From Bacteroidales bacterium (lineage in GTDB: Bacteria; Bacteroidota; Bacteroidia; Bacteroidales; UBA4417), in the NCBI GenBank assembly GCA_038322655.1, contig JBBQGD010000001.1, positions 7,871 through 71,870 of the forward strand: a DNA stretch of 64,000 nt. The letters run 5' to 3'. Numbering within the stretch: the first letter of the stretch is position 1; each line of letters begins with the position of its first letter. A program made the position numbers and the translations under genes. The notes under the pieces were generated by a model. It saw only the letters and a list, made by a program, of their open reading frames with translations, did no database searches and had not been told where the DNA came from. Below, in pieces: positions 9,253-19,438 of the stretch.

Positions 9253-11916
9253 ATGAAAAAAGTGTTTGACACATCAAAAATTGTTCACAGAACCAATGGG
9301 AATCCGGAAATGGTAACATTTGATTCCGATAAACCTTTTTTGTGTTTTAACACGGATTTTCAAATTTGTGATTGTAACGAACTTTTTACCAATATATTTA
9401 ATATTGGCAAGAAGGAGGTTCTCTCAATCAACCTGACCAAATACATCCAAAACAACAAATTTATTGAAACGGTGAAGAAAGCCGGAACCAATGGTGTAAG
9501 CACTTTTCATGGTAAAGTAAAATTTGGAACCAGGTTATCGCAAGTATACCTTGAAGCCATATTATTTAGTGCCTATATGGAAAACCTGAATGCAACAGGA
9601 ATAAGATGTTATGTGCTTGAAAGTAATATTGTTACTTCTGAACTAAAAACGAATCAAAGAAGCCAAATTTCTTTTGCGGGATTACAATCTGACTTTTATG
9701 CTTCAGTTTCAGTTCATGATGCAGAAGGCAGGGCTATATACATTTCTCCTTCAATTGAATCATTGCTTGGATATTCCAGTCTTGAGTTTAAGGATATGGA
9801 CCCGTTTTTTCTTGTTTATCCTGAAGATGTGCCAATAGTAAAGAATGCTATTGAACAGTTAAGCAACGGAAGTAATTATCTGAATTCGAGATACAGAATG
9901 GTTCACAAGAACGGGGCAGTTAAATATGTTGAAAGTACCAGTTATTTAATATCGGATGCATCAGGTGCTGCAAATCATATTGTAAATGTTACCTGGGATC
10001 TGAGTTCACAACAGGGGATTTCGCAGGCACTCCGGATTAGTGAGCAAAAGTACTATAGGTTGGTGATGAATCTGCCAATCGGTGTCTCAATGATAAGTCC
10101 CAACGGACAGTTGTTGGAGGCAAATGAATCCATGCGGAAAATTATGCGCATACCCACGGAATTACCACTTTCAGAATTAAATTTTTTGAGTTTTGATGTA
10201 ATGAATAAATCTGGCATCGGTGCACAATTTCGTCGGTGTATCGAAATTAAAGAAATCGTGGATGGTGAAGTATCAATAAAATTATCCAGCAAAACATCAG
10301 TGAAATTCCTTGCTTATAATTTTGTCCCGATTCTTAATTTAAATGGTGAAATAGAATCGGTTATAGGATATGTGAGCGATCTCACGCAACAAAAGAAAGC
10401 AGAAAGAGATAGCCTCGAGCGGGCTGATTTTCTTAATCTGGTAATTAATGCTATCAAAACTCCCTTCTTTGTAAAGGATGAAGATCATAAATGGGTGATA
10501 CTGAATAACGCTGCTGTCGATATGATGGGACATCCACGCGAAGCCCTGATAGGGAAATCGGATTATGACCTTTACCCCATGGAGCAGGCAGATGTATTCT
10601 GGAAATACGATGAACTGGTTTTCAAGCAGGGAAGCAGTAGTAACGAAGAAAAGATAACATGGCATAACGGATCAATCCATACTATCTTGACTCATAAGCA
10701 ATTATATATTGAGAAGCCGCTGGGGAAACGATTTATTGTAGGAACAATTCATGATATTACGCGTTATAAAAATATTGAAGAAGAACTCCGTGCCAGCGAA
10801 AAGAAATACCATGAACTGTTTGATAACGCCAATGATTTTATTCTGACAACCGACATTGATGGTAATATCACTAATGCAAACCATACACTCCTCAGATATC
10901 TTAAAACTGACATTAAATCTATTACTAAACTAAATGTTTTTAATCTCATAAAAGAAGATCAGGTAGGCTTTGCAAATGAAATCAAAGTAAAAATGTTGAA
11001 TGGGGTATCCAATCTGACTTTCGATATTAAGGCTTATGGAGTCGACAAGCGGGACATTATATATGAGGTTAAGGCAAGTTTGATTTCCCGGAACGGCCTG
11101 CCAGTTGGCTTACAATGCCTATTTAGTGATATTACCAAACACAAAGAAGCTCGTATGGCACTTGAAAAATATAATGCAAGCCTGCTTGAGCTAAATGAAA
11201 CTAAAGATAAGTTCTTTAGTATTATAGCACATGATCTGCGAAATCCATTCAGCAGCCTGATGGGATTTTCGGAAATGCTGCTGGAGGACCTGGAAGAAAA
11301 TTCACAGGATGAAATCAGGGAATCGCTGAAAATGATCTATAGTGTTGCAAAAAACTCATTTAACCTGCTTGAGAACTTGCTTGCATGGTCCAGACTGGAA
11401 ACAGGACATATGCCTTTTGTGCAAGATCGGGTTGTATTAACTGACTCAATTGAGGAAATAATAAATGTTCTTTTCAGCATGGCTTATCGGAAAAAAATCA
11501 GGATCAGCAATCTGGTTGAACCTGAAATTATACTATCTGCTGATAAAAATATGTTAAATATTATACTGAATAACCTGGTAATGAATGCTATAAAGTTTAC
11601 GCCTAATGGTGGACATATAAAAATTTATGCCCAACCTGATATATCAGAACCCGGATCAGGTAGGGATTTAATAAAAATCTCGGTTGCTGATACTGGTATC
11701 GGGATGAATGATGAATTGAGAGAAAAATTGTTTGTTTCCAATCGTCTGGTCTCAAACCCCGGAACTGAAAAAGAACAAGGATCTGGCTTAGGGCTTTTAA
11801 TAACAAGTGAAATGATTGAAAAGCATGGTGGTAAAATTATGGTTGAAAGTTCACCTGGCAATGGTGCAATATTTTCTTTTCTTATTCCGGCATATCATGA
11901 TTCAGCTAATTCATGA
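9253..11916 (+). CDS. Cytoplasmic multi-PAS sensor histidine kinase (no receiver)
   Basis: 887 aa with about five PAS-like repeats. H-box is FFSIIAHDLRNPF, N-box NLVMNAIKFT, G1 DTGIGM, G2 GSGLGL. No TM segment and no REC domain. Confidence 0.9.
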   Translation: MKKVFDTSKIVHRTNGNPEMVTFDSDKPFLCFNTDFQICDCNELFTNIFNIGKKEVLSINLTKYIQNNKFIETVKKAGTNGVSTFHGKVKFGTRLSQVYLEAILFSAYMENLNATGIRCYVLESNIVTSELKTNQRSQISFAGLQSDFYASVSVHDAEGRAIYISPSIESLLGYSSLEFKDMDPFFLVYPEDVPIVKNAIEQLSNGSNYLNSRYRMVHKNGAVKYVESTSYLISDASGAANHIVNVTWDLSSQQGISQALRISEQKYYRLVMNLPIGVSMISPNGQLLEANESMRKIMRIPTELPLSELNFLSFDVMNKSGIGAQFRRCIEIKEIVDGEVSIKLSSKTSVKFLAYNFVPILNLNGEIESVIGYVSDLTQQKKAERDSLERADFLNLVINAIKTPFFVKDEDHKWVILNNAAVDMMGHPREALIGKSDYDLYPMEQADVFWKYDELVFKQGSSSNEEKITWHNGSIHTILTHKQLYIEKPLGKRFIVGTIHDITRYKNIEEELRASEKKYHELFDNANDFILTTDIDGNITNANHTLLRYLKTDIKSITKLNVFNLIKEDQVGFANEIKVKMLNGVSNLTFDIKAYGVDKRDIIYEVKASLISRNGLPVGLQCLFSDITKHKEARMALEKYNASLLELNETKDKFFSIIAHDLRNPFSSLMGFSEMLLEDLEENSQDEIRESLKMIYSVAKNSFNLLENLLAWSRLETGHMPFVQDRVVLTDSIEEIINVLFSMAYRKKIRISNLVEPEIILSADKNMLNIILNNLVMNAIKFTPNGGHIKIYAQPDISEPGSGRDLIKISVADTGIGMNDELREKLFVSNRLVSNPGTEKEQGSGLGLLITSEMIEKHGGKIMVESSPGNGAIFSFLIPAYHDSANS

Positions 11917-12575
11917 TAATGGAAATCATTTTAGCTCCTCAGTTCATTCCGATATCAGAAATCTTTTTTCATAATATTATTGTGCAGAACAAGTTCAATT
12001 TTATTTTCCTGCCATGTTTCGATATGAAAATTTATAAAATTGACCTCTCATTTGTCTTTTCATTCATTTAAAAAACTTAATCATCAATTTTGTAACAGAG
12101 CTACTGTAAATGGTTGATAATTTGTTGAAAACAATTTTTTTCGGGCCTTGAATAAATTAAAATATTTCCTATTTTTACTTCTTGCATTAAGATGTGGGAA
12201 TCATTCATTGTATGAATTAAAAAAACAGATTATTCCATTTGGAGCTGCAATTCCTGGTTCGGATATTTGTGTTTTTGATGTAAATTGTGCTGATACTAAT
12301 ATGGTAAAATGATTAGAAAAAGCAGCTGATTTTCTTATTTTGAAGTAAGTGAAGTGTTTTTGGGTCAAAAGTGTCCCGAAATGGCCTTTTATGATTGAAT
12401 GACATCAATAGCATATACATAGTGAAAGTGTTTTTTTTAGCTATGTAATAGCCTGTATAATAAGTATATAATATTTTAAGTGCAAATTTTATTCACCTTG
12501 GCAGGGTTGTTGATTTTCGGTTACCTGCGTTTTCCTGACAAAGGGAAAAACTAGGTTACTATTATAGCTCATTGT

Positions 12576-14615
12576 ATGGACGAAAACTTTACTAAAGAAA
12601 ATTTATCATCAGTGTCAGAGATTTCAGTTTACCAACTTGTAAACGCTCTATCTGACGCTGCTTTTATTTGTGATCGTACCGGGCGTGTAGAAGCTTGTTC
12701 CGATCAGGCTATTACTTTCTTCGATATAATTGATAAAACAAAAATTATCGGAAGCAGTTTTCAATCATTCATTGCTTATGAGGCGATTGATGAAGCTTAT
12801 TTTATGTTTCTTAATACTGTAAATGAACCTGTTAAGCTGGAAACAGTAATTTTTCCAGTTAAAAGAGGTTTGAGTGAAATATTTAAAGCTTCAATCACAT
12901 TTTCTCCGATTATTAATGATACAATATCCGGGAAGCATACTCTTGTTACATTCCGCGAAGCCCCGTCAGTTGATTCAGAAGTCGCAGTTCTACGTAAAAA
13001 AGACGTCAGGCTTTCACGTTTATTTGAGATATTAGGAAGTAACAAAGACCGGGCAGTAAGCAGAGCCATAAGCCTGGTGTCCCAGATTGGCGAAACTCTT
13101 GGAGCTGTATACTGTACTTATAGTCACTTCGAAAATGGTGAATTGTCTCCTGTCGCATCCTGGGAATCCCCATTTAATATAGGAATCACATCCCATTTAT
13201 TCAATAAACATATTTTCGATTACTTAACAGACCACAACGAAAGCCTTACTTTAATTCGTAAACCATTATTAGCGGAGTTTCTGAAATTGGAACCTTCTTA
13301 CAATCAGGAATCAGGTGTCAAAACGATCTTGGGATTTACTATTATGGAAAATAAGGAAGTTGATGGGATGATAACGGTAGTTTTCACATTCAACTATTCT
13401 CTTTCAACCTCTGATACGCAATTTTTACAATCAATAAGTTCAATTATTGAAAATGAAAATAGTACTGTAAAGAATGTAGTTCCATCGTCGGAGATTTTAT
13501 TTCGGGAAATGATCGATAGATTTATTGATCCCGTCTTTATTATTTCATCCGAAGGACTTATTATGGAAGTGAACAAAGGTGCTGTTAAGTGTTTTGGCTA
13601 TGATCGGCTGGAGTTGATAGGACAACCACATCTGCTTATCTCAGCTGAAGAAGAATATAACAATGCGATGATTCATCAGCGGTTAGAAAAAGCCTTCGGC
13701 ACAGAACCTCAAAGGTTTGAGTGGCTGATGAAACATAAAAGTGGTGAAATAATTTCAATGGAAGCCAATTTAACCAAAAGTACTTATCATGATCATGAAG
13801 TGGTAATTGTTATAGCCCGTGACTTAACTGACACTAAAAAAGTTGTCAATGAATTAAAGGATCATAACAATGAGCTCGAAGAATCTAATTTAAGTAAAGA
13901 TAAGTTTTTCGCCATATTTGCTCACGACCTGAAAAATCCTTTCCAAGGGTTACTTGGTTTCATCGATTTGCTTTATGAAGACCTGGATGATCTTAGTAAT
14001 GAGCAGGTAAAAGAATATTTATCAAATGTCAGGAATGCATCGTACCATACATATGCATTACTCGAGAATTTACTTGAATGGTCGAGGATACAAAGCGGGA
14101 AAATGCCTTTTACCCCTACCGTGTTTGATATACAAGACGAAATCAGTTCGGTTATAAGCGTTCTTGAAAATAATGCCACACAAAAGGATATCAAACTTAT
14201 TAATGAAGTGGAACCGAATATCATGGTCGAAGGAGACCGGAATATGATTCACTCTATAATTCAGAACCTGGTTACTAATTCCATCAAATTTTCAAATTCC
14301 AATGGGCGTGTAGTACTCAGAGTCCGTCTGCCCCAGACTTATATGAACCTTAAGGGATCAGCAGAACAGGGTGAAAGACAGTGGCTCGAGGTAAGCGTAT
14401 CGGACAATGGTATTGGTATACCGGAAGAAATTCTGCCTAAGCTATTCAAACTGAATGGTAAGTTTTCCAGTACTGGAACTGCCAACGAACCGGGTACAGG
14501 TCTCGGGTTGGTATTGTGCCACGAAATGGTTGAGAAAAACGGAGGCCGGATATGGGCCGAAAGCATCCCCGGACAAGGCACAACCTTTGTCTTTACAATT
14601 CCTCTAAGCAGATAA
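12576..14615 (+). CDS. PAS/GAF-like sensor histidine kinase (no receiver)
   Basis: 679 aa. H-box is FFAIFAHDLKNPF, N-box QNLVTNSIKFS, G1 DNGIGI, G2 GTGLGL. The PAS core is DPVFIISSEGLIMEVNKGAVKCFGY. Confidence 0.9.
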   Translation: MDENFTKENLSSVSEISVYQLVNALSDAAFICDRTGRVEACSDQAITFFDIIDKTKIIGSSFQSFIAYEAIDEAYFMFLNTVNEPVKLETVIFPVKRGLSEIFKASITFSPIINDTISGKHTLVTFREAPSVDSEVAVLRKKDVRLSRLFEILGSNKDRAVSRAISLVSQIGETLGAVYCTYSHFENGELSPVASWESPFNIGITSHLFNKHIFDYLTDHNESLTLIRKPLLAEFLKLEPSYNQESGVKTILGFTIMENKEVDGMITVVFTFNYSLSTSDTQFLQSISSIIENENSTVKNVVPSSEILFREMIDRFIDPVFIISSEGLIMEVNKGAVKCFGYDRLELIGQPHLLISAEEEYNNAMIHQRLEKAFGTEPQRFEWLMKHKSGEIISMEANLTKSTYHDHEVVIVIARDLTDTKKVVNELKDHNNELEESNLSKDKFFAIFAHDLKNPFQGLLGFIDLLYEDLDDLSNEQVKEYLSNVRNASYHTYALLENLLEWSRIQSGKMPFTPTVFDIQDEISSVISVLENNATQKDIKLINEVEPNIMVEGDRNMIHSIIQNLVTNSIKFSNSNGRVVLRVRLPQTYMNLKGSAEQGERQWLEVSVSDNGIGIPEEILPKLFKLNGKFSSTGTANEPGTGLGLVLCHEMVEKNGGRIWAESIPGQGTTFVFTIPLSR

Positions 14616-15143
14616 CTCTGATATATCTTTTATAATTACATATTGCAGATAGCATGGTAACAAGCTATCAATAATTATATTATTCTTTTTGTTTCATCTG
14701 AATCACCCAGTCCTACTCCGTAATCAGTGTTAAAATTATATTCAGTTTAAAGTTGATAAATTCCTGCCTGAATTTTCCATTCCGCTAATGTATTGTTAAT
14801 CAATATTTCATTTCATTTTAGTGGTGAACTGATGAAGAGTTTATATCCGAGTTTCAAAAGAATAATCGGGAGTAAAAAGATACCATCTGTTTTACAGGGA
14901 AACCCGGGTTTATATTTCTAAAAAGTATTGTCAACAAACAAACTTTTTGGAGTAAATAGCTGTGTTCTGGTAAATTCAAAGTTTAATTTTTTTCAATTCC
15001 TAAGTTCATGGTGCATACAAATGAACATAAAATCAAATAATTAGTTTTATGTATTGAATATTGGCATCTTTTTTTGATCTTTTTTATGATCTTTGTAAGA
15101 TTTTGAAGTACTTTTTTATTTAGATAAATATAAAAAATCATTC

Positions 15144-16352
15144 ATGCTAGATCTGTCAGATAGTAATAAACCCACATTTCCGGAAAAACGAAATGTTGAT
15201 TTCTCAATACTACTTTCACAGCCTGACAGTACCGTTTGGGATCTCATATTCGATTCAATGCCTGAAATGGTAGCGTTGATTGACCTTAAAAATATAGTCG
15301 TTAAAGCTAATAAAGCGATGCGTCATAGGGTCAATATAGGTGATACCAGTTTAATTGGCTACTCTTGTAATAAACTGATGCACGATGATGGATGTACTAT
15401 ATCAAATTGTCCGCATTTAAATATGATCAATGACAGGAAACCCCATGCCATTGAAATGTTTGAACCCAAATTTGGACTTTATCTCGAAATTAGTACTACT
15501 CCTATATTTGATTCACATAATAATTTATTAGGAAGTCTTCACATCGCCCGTGATATTTCATTACAAAAGGAATCTGAAGCCAGGCTAAGGAAATATAATA
15601 AAGAATTGGAAGAGCTTAATAACAGCAAAGATAAATTTTTTAGTATTGTTGCTCATGATCTACGCAGTCCTTTCCAGGGAATGCTTGGTTTTACCGACCT
15701 TATTCTCGACGATCTCAATTTCCTTAGTAAGGAAGAGATCAAGGATTATCTTCAAAAAGTTCGTGATTCGGCCTACAGTACATTTGCTTTACTCGAAAAT
15801 CTTTTGGATTGGTCGCGGATGCAAACCGGAAGACTGGAATATAAACCTTCAGAATTTAATTTGCATGAAGATTTAACATCGGTTATTAATTTACTTATCT
15901 CAAATGCACAGAGTAAAAATATTAACATTGTTAATAATCTGAATGAAGGATATATAGTGTTTGCTGACAGGCGCATGGTGCATTCGATTTTGCTGAACCT
16001 GATGACAAATGCCATTAAATTTACTTTCCCTGGAGGGACTGTATTATTTGATGCGAAATTAAAAGAGTTGAATGAAAGTAATTCCGCTAATGATCCTCAA
16101 TTCACCAATAGAAAGCATTTGGAAATTAGTGTTACCGATACCGGAGTTGGGCTTTCACCTGAAGGTTTGATGAAGATTTTTAACAATGATGAACCTTTCA
16201 CATTAGCAGGCACCTCCAACGAAAATGGCGCAGGCCTTGGTCTTAAGCTGGTTAAAGAAATGGCTGAAAAGCAAGGAAGCAATTTAACTATTAGCAGTCA
16301 GGAAGGAAAAGGCTCAGTATTTACTTTTACGTTACCTCTTGCTGATAAATAA
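15144..16352 (+). CDS. Single-PAS sensor histidine kinase with a Cys/His-rich PAS core
   Basis: 402 aa. H-box is FFSIVAHDLRSPF, N-box LNLMTNAIKFT, G1 DTGVGL, G2 GAGLGL. The PAS domain carries C75-x4-H80-x3-C84-x4-C89-P-H91. Confidence 0.9.
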   Translation: MLDLSDSNKPTFPEKRNVDFSILLSQPDSTVWDLIFDSMPEMVALIDLKNIVVKANKAMRHRVNIGDTSLIGYSCNKLMHDDGCTISNCPHLNMINDRKPHAIEMFEPKFGLYLEISTTPIFDSHNNLLGSLHIARDISLQKESEARLRKYNKELEELNNSKDKFFSIVAHDLRSPFQGMLGFTDLILDDLNFLSKEEIKDYLQKVRDSAYSTFALLENLLDWSRMQTGRLEYKPSEFNLHEDLTSVINLLISNAQSKNINIVNNLNEGYIVFADRRMVHSILLNLMTNAIKFTFPGGTVLFDAKLKELNESNSANDPQFTNRKHLEISVTDTGVGLSPEGLMKIFNNDEPFTLAGTSNENGAGLGLKLVKEMAEKQGSNLTISSQEGKGSVFTFTLPLADK

Positions 16353-16499
16353 CTGATATAGCCAATATAGATTCACCATGTAAAATGATGGTTTCTGAGA
16401 AGAATTAACTGGACCAGGATAGAAAAGCAATTTCTTTTTCTATTCCTTATCTAAAGCAAATTCACCTGGGAATACTCACATTGCCAATAACTCCATGTG

Positions 16500-19268
16500 T
16501 TACAGGTTATCCCTGAAGTCTTTCTTTTTGGTGAGTTTTAAGTCCTGAAGCAAGGATGATTTGGCATTTATCTGGAAGTTCCAGCTTTTCTGAGTTCCGT
16601 AAGGAATCCAGCTAAAACGCATTTCCCAGCAATGAAGGTTTCGGTAAATAGTTATTTGAGTAAAGGAAAAATCTTTCTGTTGAAAGTCGTAACCTGTCTG
16701 CATTGAAAACTTCCATTTGTCTGTTACATTTATATCGCCTGATCCTCCTAATGTTTGGATATAGGTACGTTTAATCTGTCCTGTTTCCAAAACAGGAACA
16801 CTTGTGTACCTGAAGTTGTAATCAAAACGCAATGTCCATGGATTATCCCAATCAATATATAAATTCGGATTGGTTTTAAGATCCGTAATTTCTTCATTTG
16901 AAGCGGAAGAAGGTGCCTTCTTTTTAGCAGTCGTTTGTTTGGGCTTCAACTCGTATCCGAAACTTAGATTCCACCCGGCATTTATAAAACGAAGCAGTTT
17001 TTTGTTCATCGAATACTGCGACTTATTGATTACAGGCCCTGGTACTGAATTATAGAATGGACTTGTATAGGAATTCCACATTGTATATCCGTAATATGGC
17101 TGTGAATATAATCCATAAGGACTGTAAGAACTTGAATAGCTGACCTGTATCTTTTTGAATAATGTTGTGCGTGCCGACAGATTGATGTTTGACCAGCGAA
17201 GCGAATCCTTAGCCAGATCGTACGAAGTTGATATATTGAAATTGTCGATCAGCATTATTTTTTGAGTTCCGGTGACTGTGTCTTTAAGCGAACGCACTTT
17301 CATCTCAAGGTTGTTACCGAGTGCAAAACTAATTGCCCCTGATTTTTGGCTTGGAGGTTGACCTGAAATATTGTTTCCTTCGAAAATGGAATATAGACTT
17401 GTAGTCCCTTTTGAGTCAGTCTGAACGGTTCGCCAATATCCAAGTTGTTCAGTACCAAAATCAGGGACATAACTAAACCCAACTGAGGGCCTTATCACAT
17501 GCCTGATAGCACGGACCGGACCTTTTTTGAATTGCTTCATCCCATAAATGGTTGTGCTGAGCGAGGAGTTAAAGCTATAATCGCGAGCAGTAGTAAATCC
17601 AATAATAGTATCAACATTGATATACCCGTAAGTTGATAATCCGTTATTGACAATTGTATCATTGACCCAGGTTTTGCGAATAGTTTTTGTGTACCACCGT
17701 TCGTTATAATTAATACCATTACTCCAGGAGAAATATTTCATCACTTTAAATGATCCGCTAATAGGTATGGTATGTTTCATTCCATTTACAAACTTATTGC
17801 CAATGCCTGGTTTGAAAATCAATGAATCAGGACTGCTAAGATCATTTCGCATGATCATGCTGTAGTTAACATTGATGGATTCATACCATGCAGCTGGACC
17901 GGTAGGATTTTTCTTTTTAAATGGATAAATCCTGTTAACACTGAACGATAAACTTGGTAATGATAAATTTACCAGCTTGGTTTGCGTGTTTTGGCTGTGG
18001 GTGGCGCTGGTTGTGAGATTACCCCATGTTCCAAGCCGCATATCGTATGATACACTCGATGAAAATGTATTTGTAAGATAATCGTTAACAGTTGATGGAT
18101 TATATTTATTGTAACTGCTTGATCCGAAGTTAACACTTGCGCCGAAAACGGAATTAGGGCGTGCTTTTGTATCCTGACGGTGCGACCAGGATACAAAAAA
18201 ATCACTTTTATTGTAATAATCGGGATCGCCTAGTGTACCATAAATGGTTACTGCATATTTTAAACTGAAATTGCCTGAATATTTGTATCGTTTTTTATAA
18301 GTAAAAACTGGCTTTAGGGCCCAGCCTCCACGCGAATATATATCACCTGTAAGTTTTAAATCAAAATAATCGTTCATTCCAAAATAGTAACCTCCATCTT
18401 CAAGGAAATAACCGCGGTTGGCCGATTCTCCGTATTTAGGAATGATCAAACCTGAACTACGCCCCTTTTTATTAGGAAAGAGACCGAAAGGAAGCGCTAT
18501 AGGGAGGGGAACCCCTTCAATGGTTATCCAGGCGGGGCCAGTTACAATCATATTGCCACTCAACACTTTGGCTCTGGTAAATTTTAATGAAAAATGCGGA
18601 TGATCAGGCAGATCGCAGGTGGTATATTCACCCCTACCCACATCAGTTACACTGTCATTAATTTTCTTGATAACAGTTCCATGTATATACCCCTCACCTT
18701 CCTTGGTAATTACATCTTGAATCAATCCTTTTTTTGTGGTAAAATTATAAGCAATCTCTTTCGATTTAAAACTTAAATCGCCCTGTTTAAATTCGGGTGT
18801 CCCGACGGGATTGCCCAATGAATCCTGGGTGGCATAAGCATGAATAGTATTATCATCGAAACTGATCGAAATTATAGCTGCTTTTAGTTTAATATCCTCA
18901 TATTCAATACTTGCATTCCCATACATCCAGACCATCTTGTTTTTCAGATCCATGCTCAACGAATCTTCCGAAGCGTAATCAATTTTAGCACTAAGCATAA
19001 ATTTATTTGTTTTTGCTTCGGCCGAAATTGTATCATTGGATACTAAGAGTGAGTCGGGGACGTTTATATTCAAGGTATCCGGTTTCAGTATCCCGGAGGT
19101 ATCCGGCGCATCAGCAAGAATTGTATCAGGATGTATTGCATCCCTTACACTAATTTGGCCGGATGGTGTATTTCCGGATAAAAACATACCTGCCTGTACT
19201 GAAAATATTGCAGACAGTACAAGTATAACGGTTATTAACCAGTGCTTTGTTTGTAACTTCGGTACCAA
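16500..19268 (-). CDS. Large outer-membrane LptD/OstA-like protein (putative LPS assembly protein)
   Basis: 922 aa with a signal peptide (VILVLSAIFSVQA). An OstA-like N-terminal segment is followed by a long Tyr/Ser/Asn/Gly-rich beta-strand-type region. From memory it resembles the Bacteroidota putative LptD family. It neighbours the amidase and MlaD-like genes. Confidence 0.65.
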   Translation of the reverse strand: MVPKLQTKHWLITVILVLSAIFSVQAGMFLSGNTPSGQISVRDAIHPDTILADAPDTSGILKPDTLNINVPDSLLVSNDTISAEAKTNKFMLSAKIDYASEDSLSMDLKNKMVWMYGNASIEYEDIKLKAAIISISFDDNTIHAYATQDSLGNPVGTPEFKQGDLSFKSKEIAYNFTTKKGLIQDVITKEGEGYIHGTVIKKINDSVTDVGRGEYTTCDLPDHPHFSLKFTRAKVLSGNMIVTGPAWITIEGVPLPIALPFGLFPNKKGRSSGLIIPKYGESANRGYFLEDGGYYFGMNDYFDLKLTGDIYSRGGWALKPVFTYKKRYKYSGNFSLKYAVTIYGTLGDPDYYNKSDFFVSWSHRQDTKARPNSVFGASVNFGSSSYNKYNPSTVNDYLTNTFSSSVSYDMRLGTWGNLTTSATHSQNTQTKLVNLSLPSLSFSVNRIYPFKKKNPTGPAAWYESINVNYSMIMRNDLSSPDSLIFKPGIGNKFVNGMKHTIPISGSFKVMKYFSWSNGINYNERWYTKTIRKTWVNDTIVNNGLSTYGYINVDTIIGFTTARDYSFNSSLSTTIYGMKQFKKGPVRAIRHVIRPSVGFSYVPDFGTEQLGYWRTVQTDSKGTTSLYSIFEGNNISGQPPSQKSGAISFALGNNLEMKVRSLKDTVTGTQKIMLIDNFNISTSYDLAKDSLRWSNINLSARTTLFKKIQVSYSSSYSPYGLYSQPYYGYTMWNSYTSPFYNSVPGPVINKSQYSMNKKLLRFINAGWNLSFGYELKPKQTTAKKKAPSSASNEEITDLKTNPNLYIDWDNPWTLRFDYNFRYTSVPVLETGQIKRTYIQTLGGSGDINVTDKWKFSMQTGYDFQQKDFSFTQITIYRNLHCWEMRFSWIPYGTQKSWNFQINAKSSLLQDLKLTKKKDFRDNL

Positions 19269-19438
19269 TTATGTAGAAAAAGAGGTTAACATGCTAATTT
19301 TGTACTAGATTGTAAAGATTAATTAATGTCTTTGCTGAATAAAATCCAGGTTGAATTATGTTAAACTTCTGGGTATTAATTTTTTATACTAATCGTTAGT
19401 ATTCTTTACAACGTTGCAAAGCTAAACAAAATCAGGTG

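Noticed and set aside
14832-14921. 29-aa basic ORF (MKSLYPSFKRIIGSKKIPSVLQGNPGLYF) in the second long spacer
   Set aside because: It is too short, has no supporting promoter box or conservation evidence, and is indistinguishable from chance.
16419-16443. 8-bp A/T-only inverted repeat (atagaaaa/ttttctat) between the third orphan kinase and the LptD-like gene
   Set aside because: It is all A/T with a 9-nt loop, which is too weak to call a terminator.
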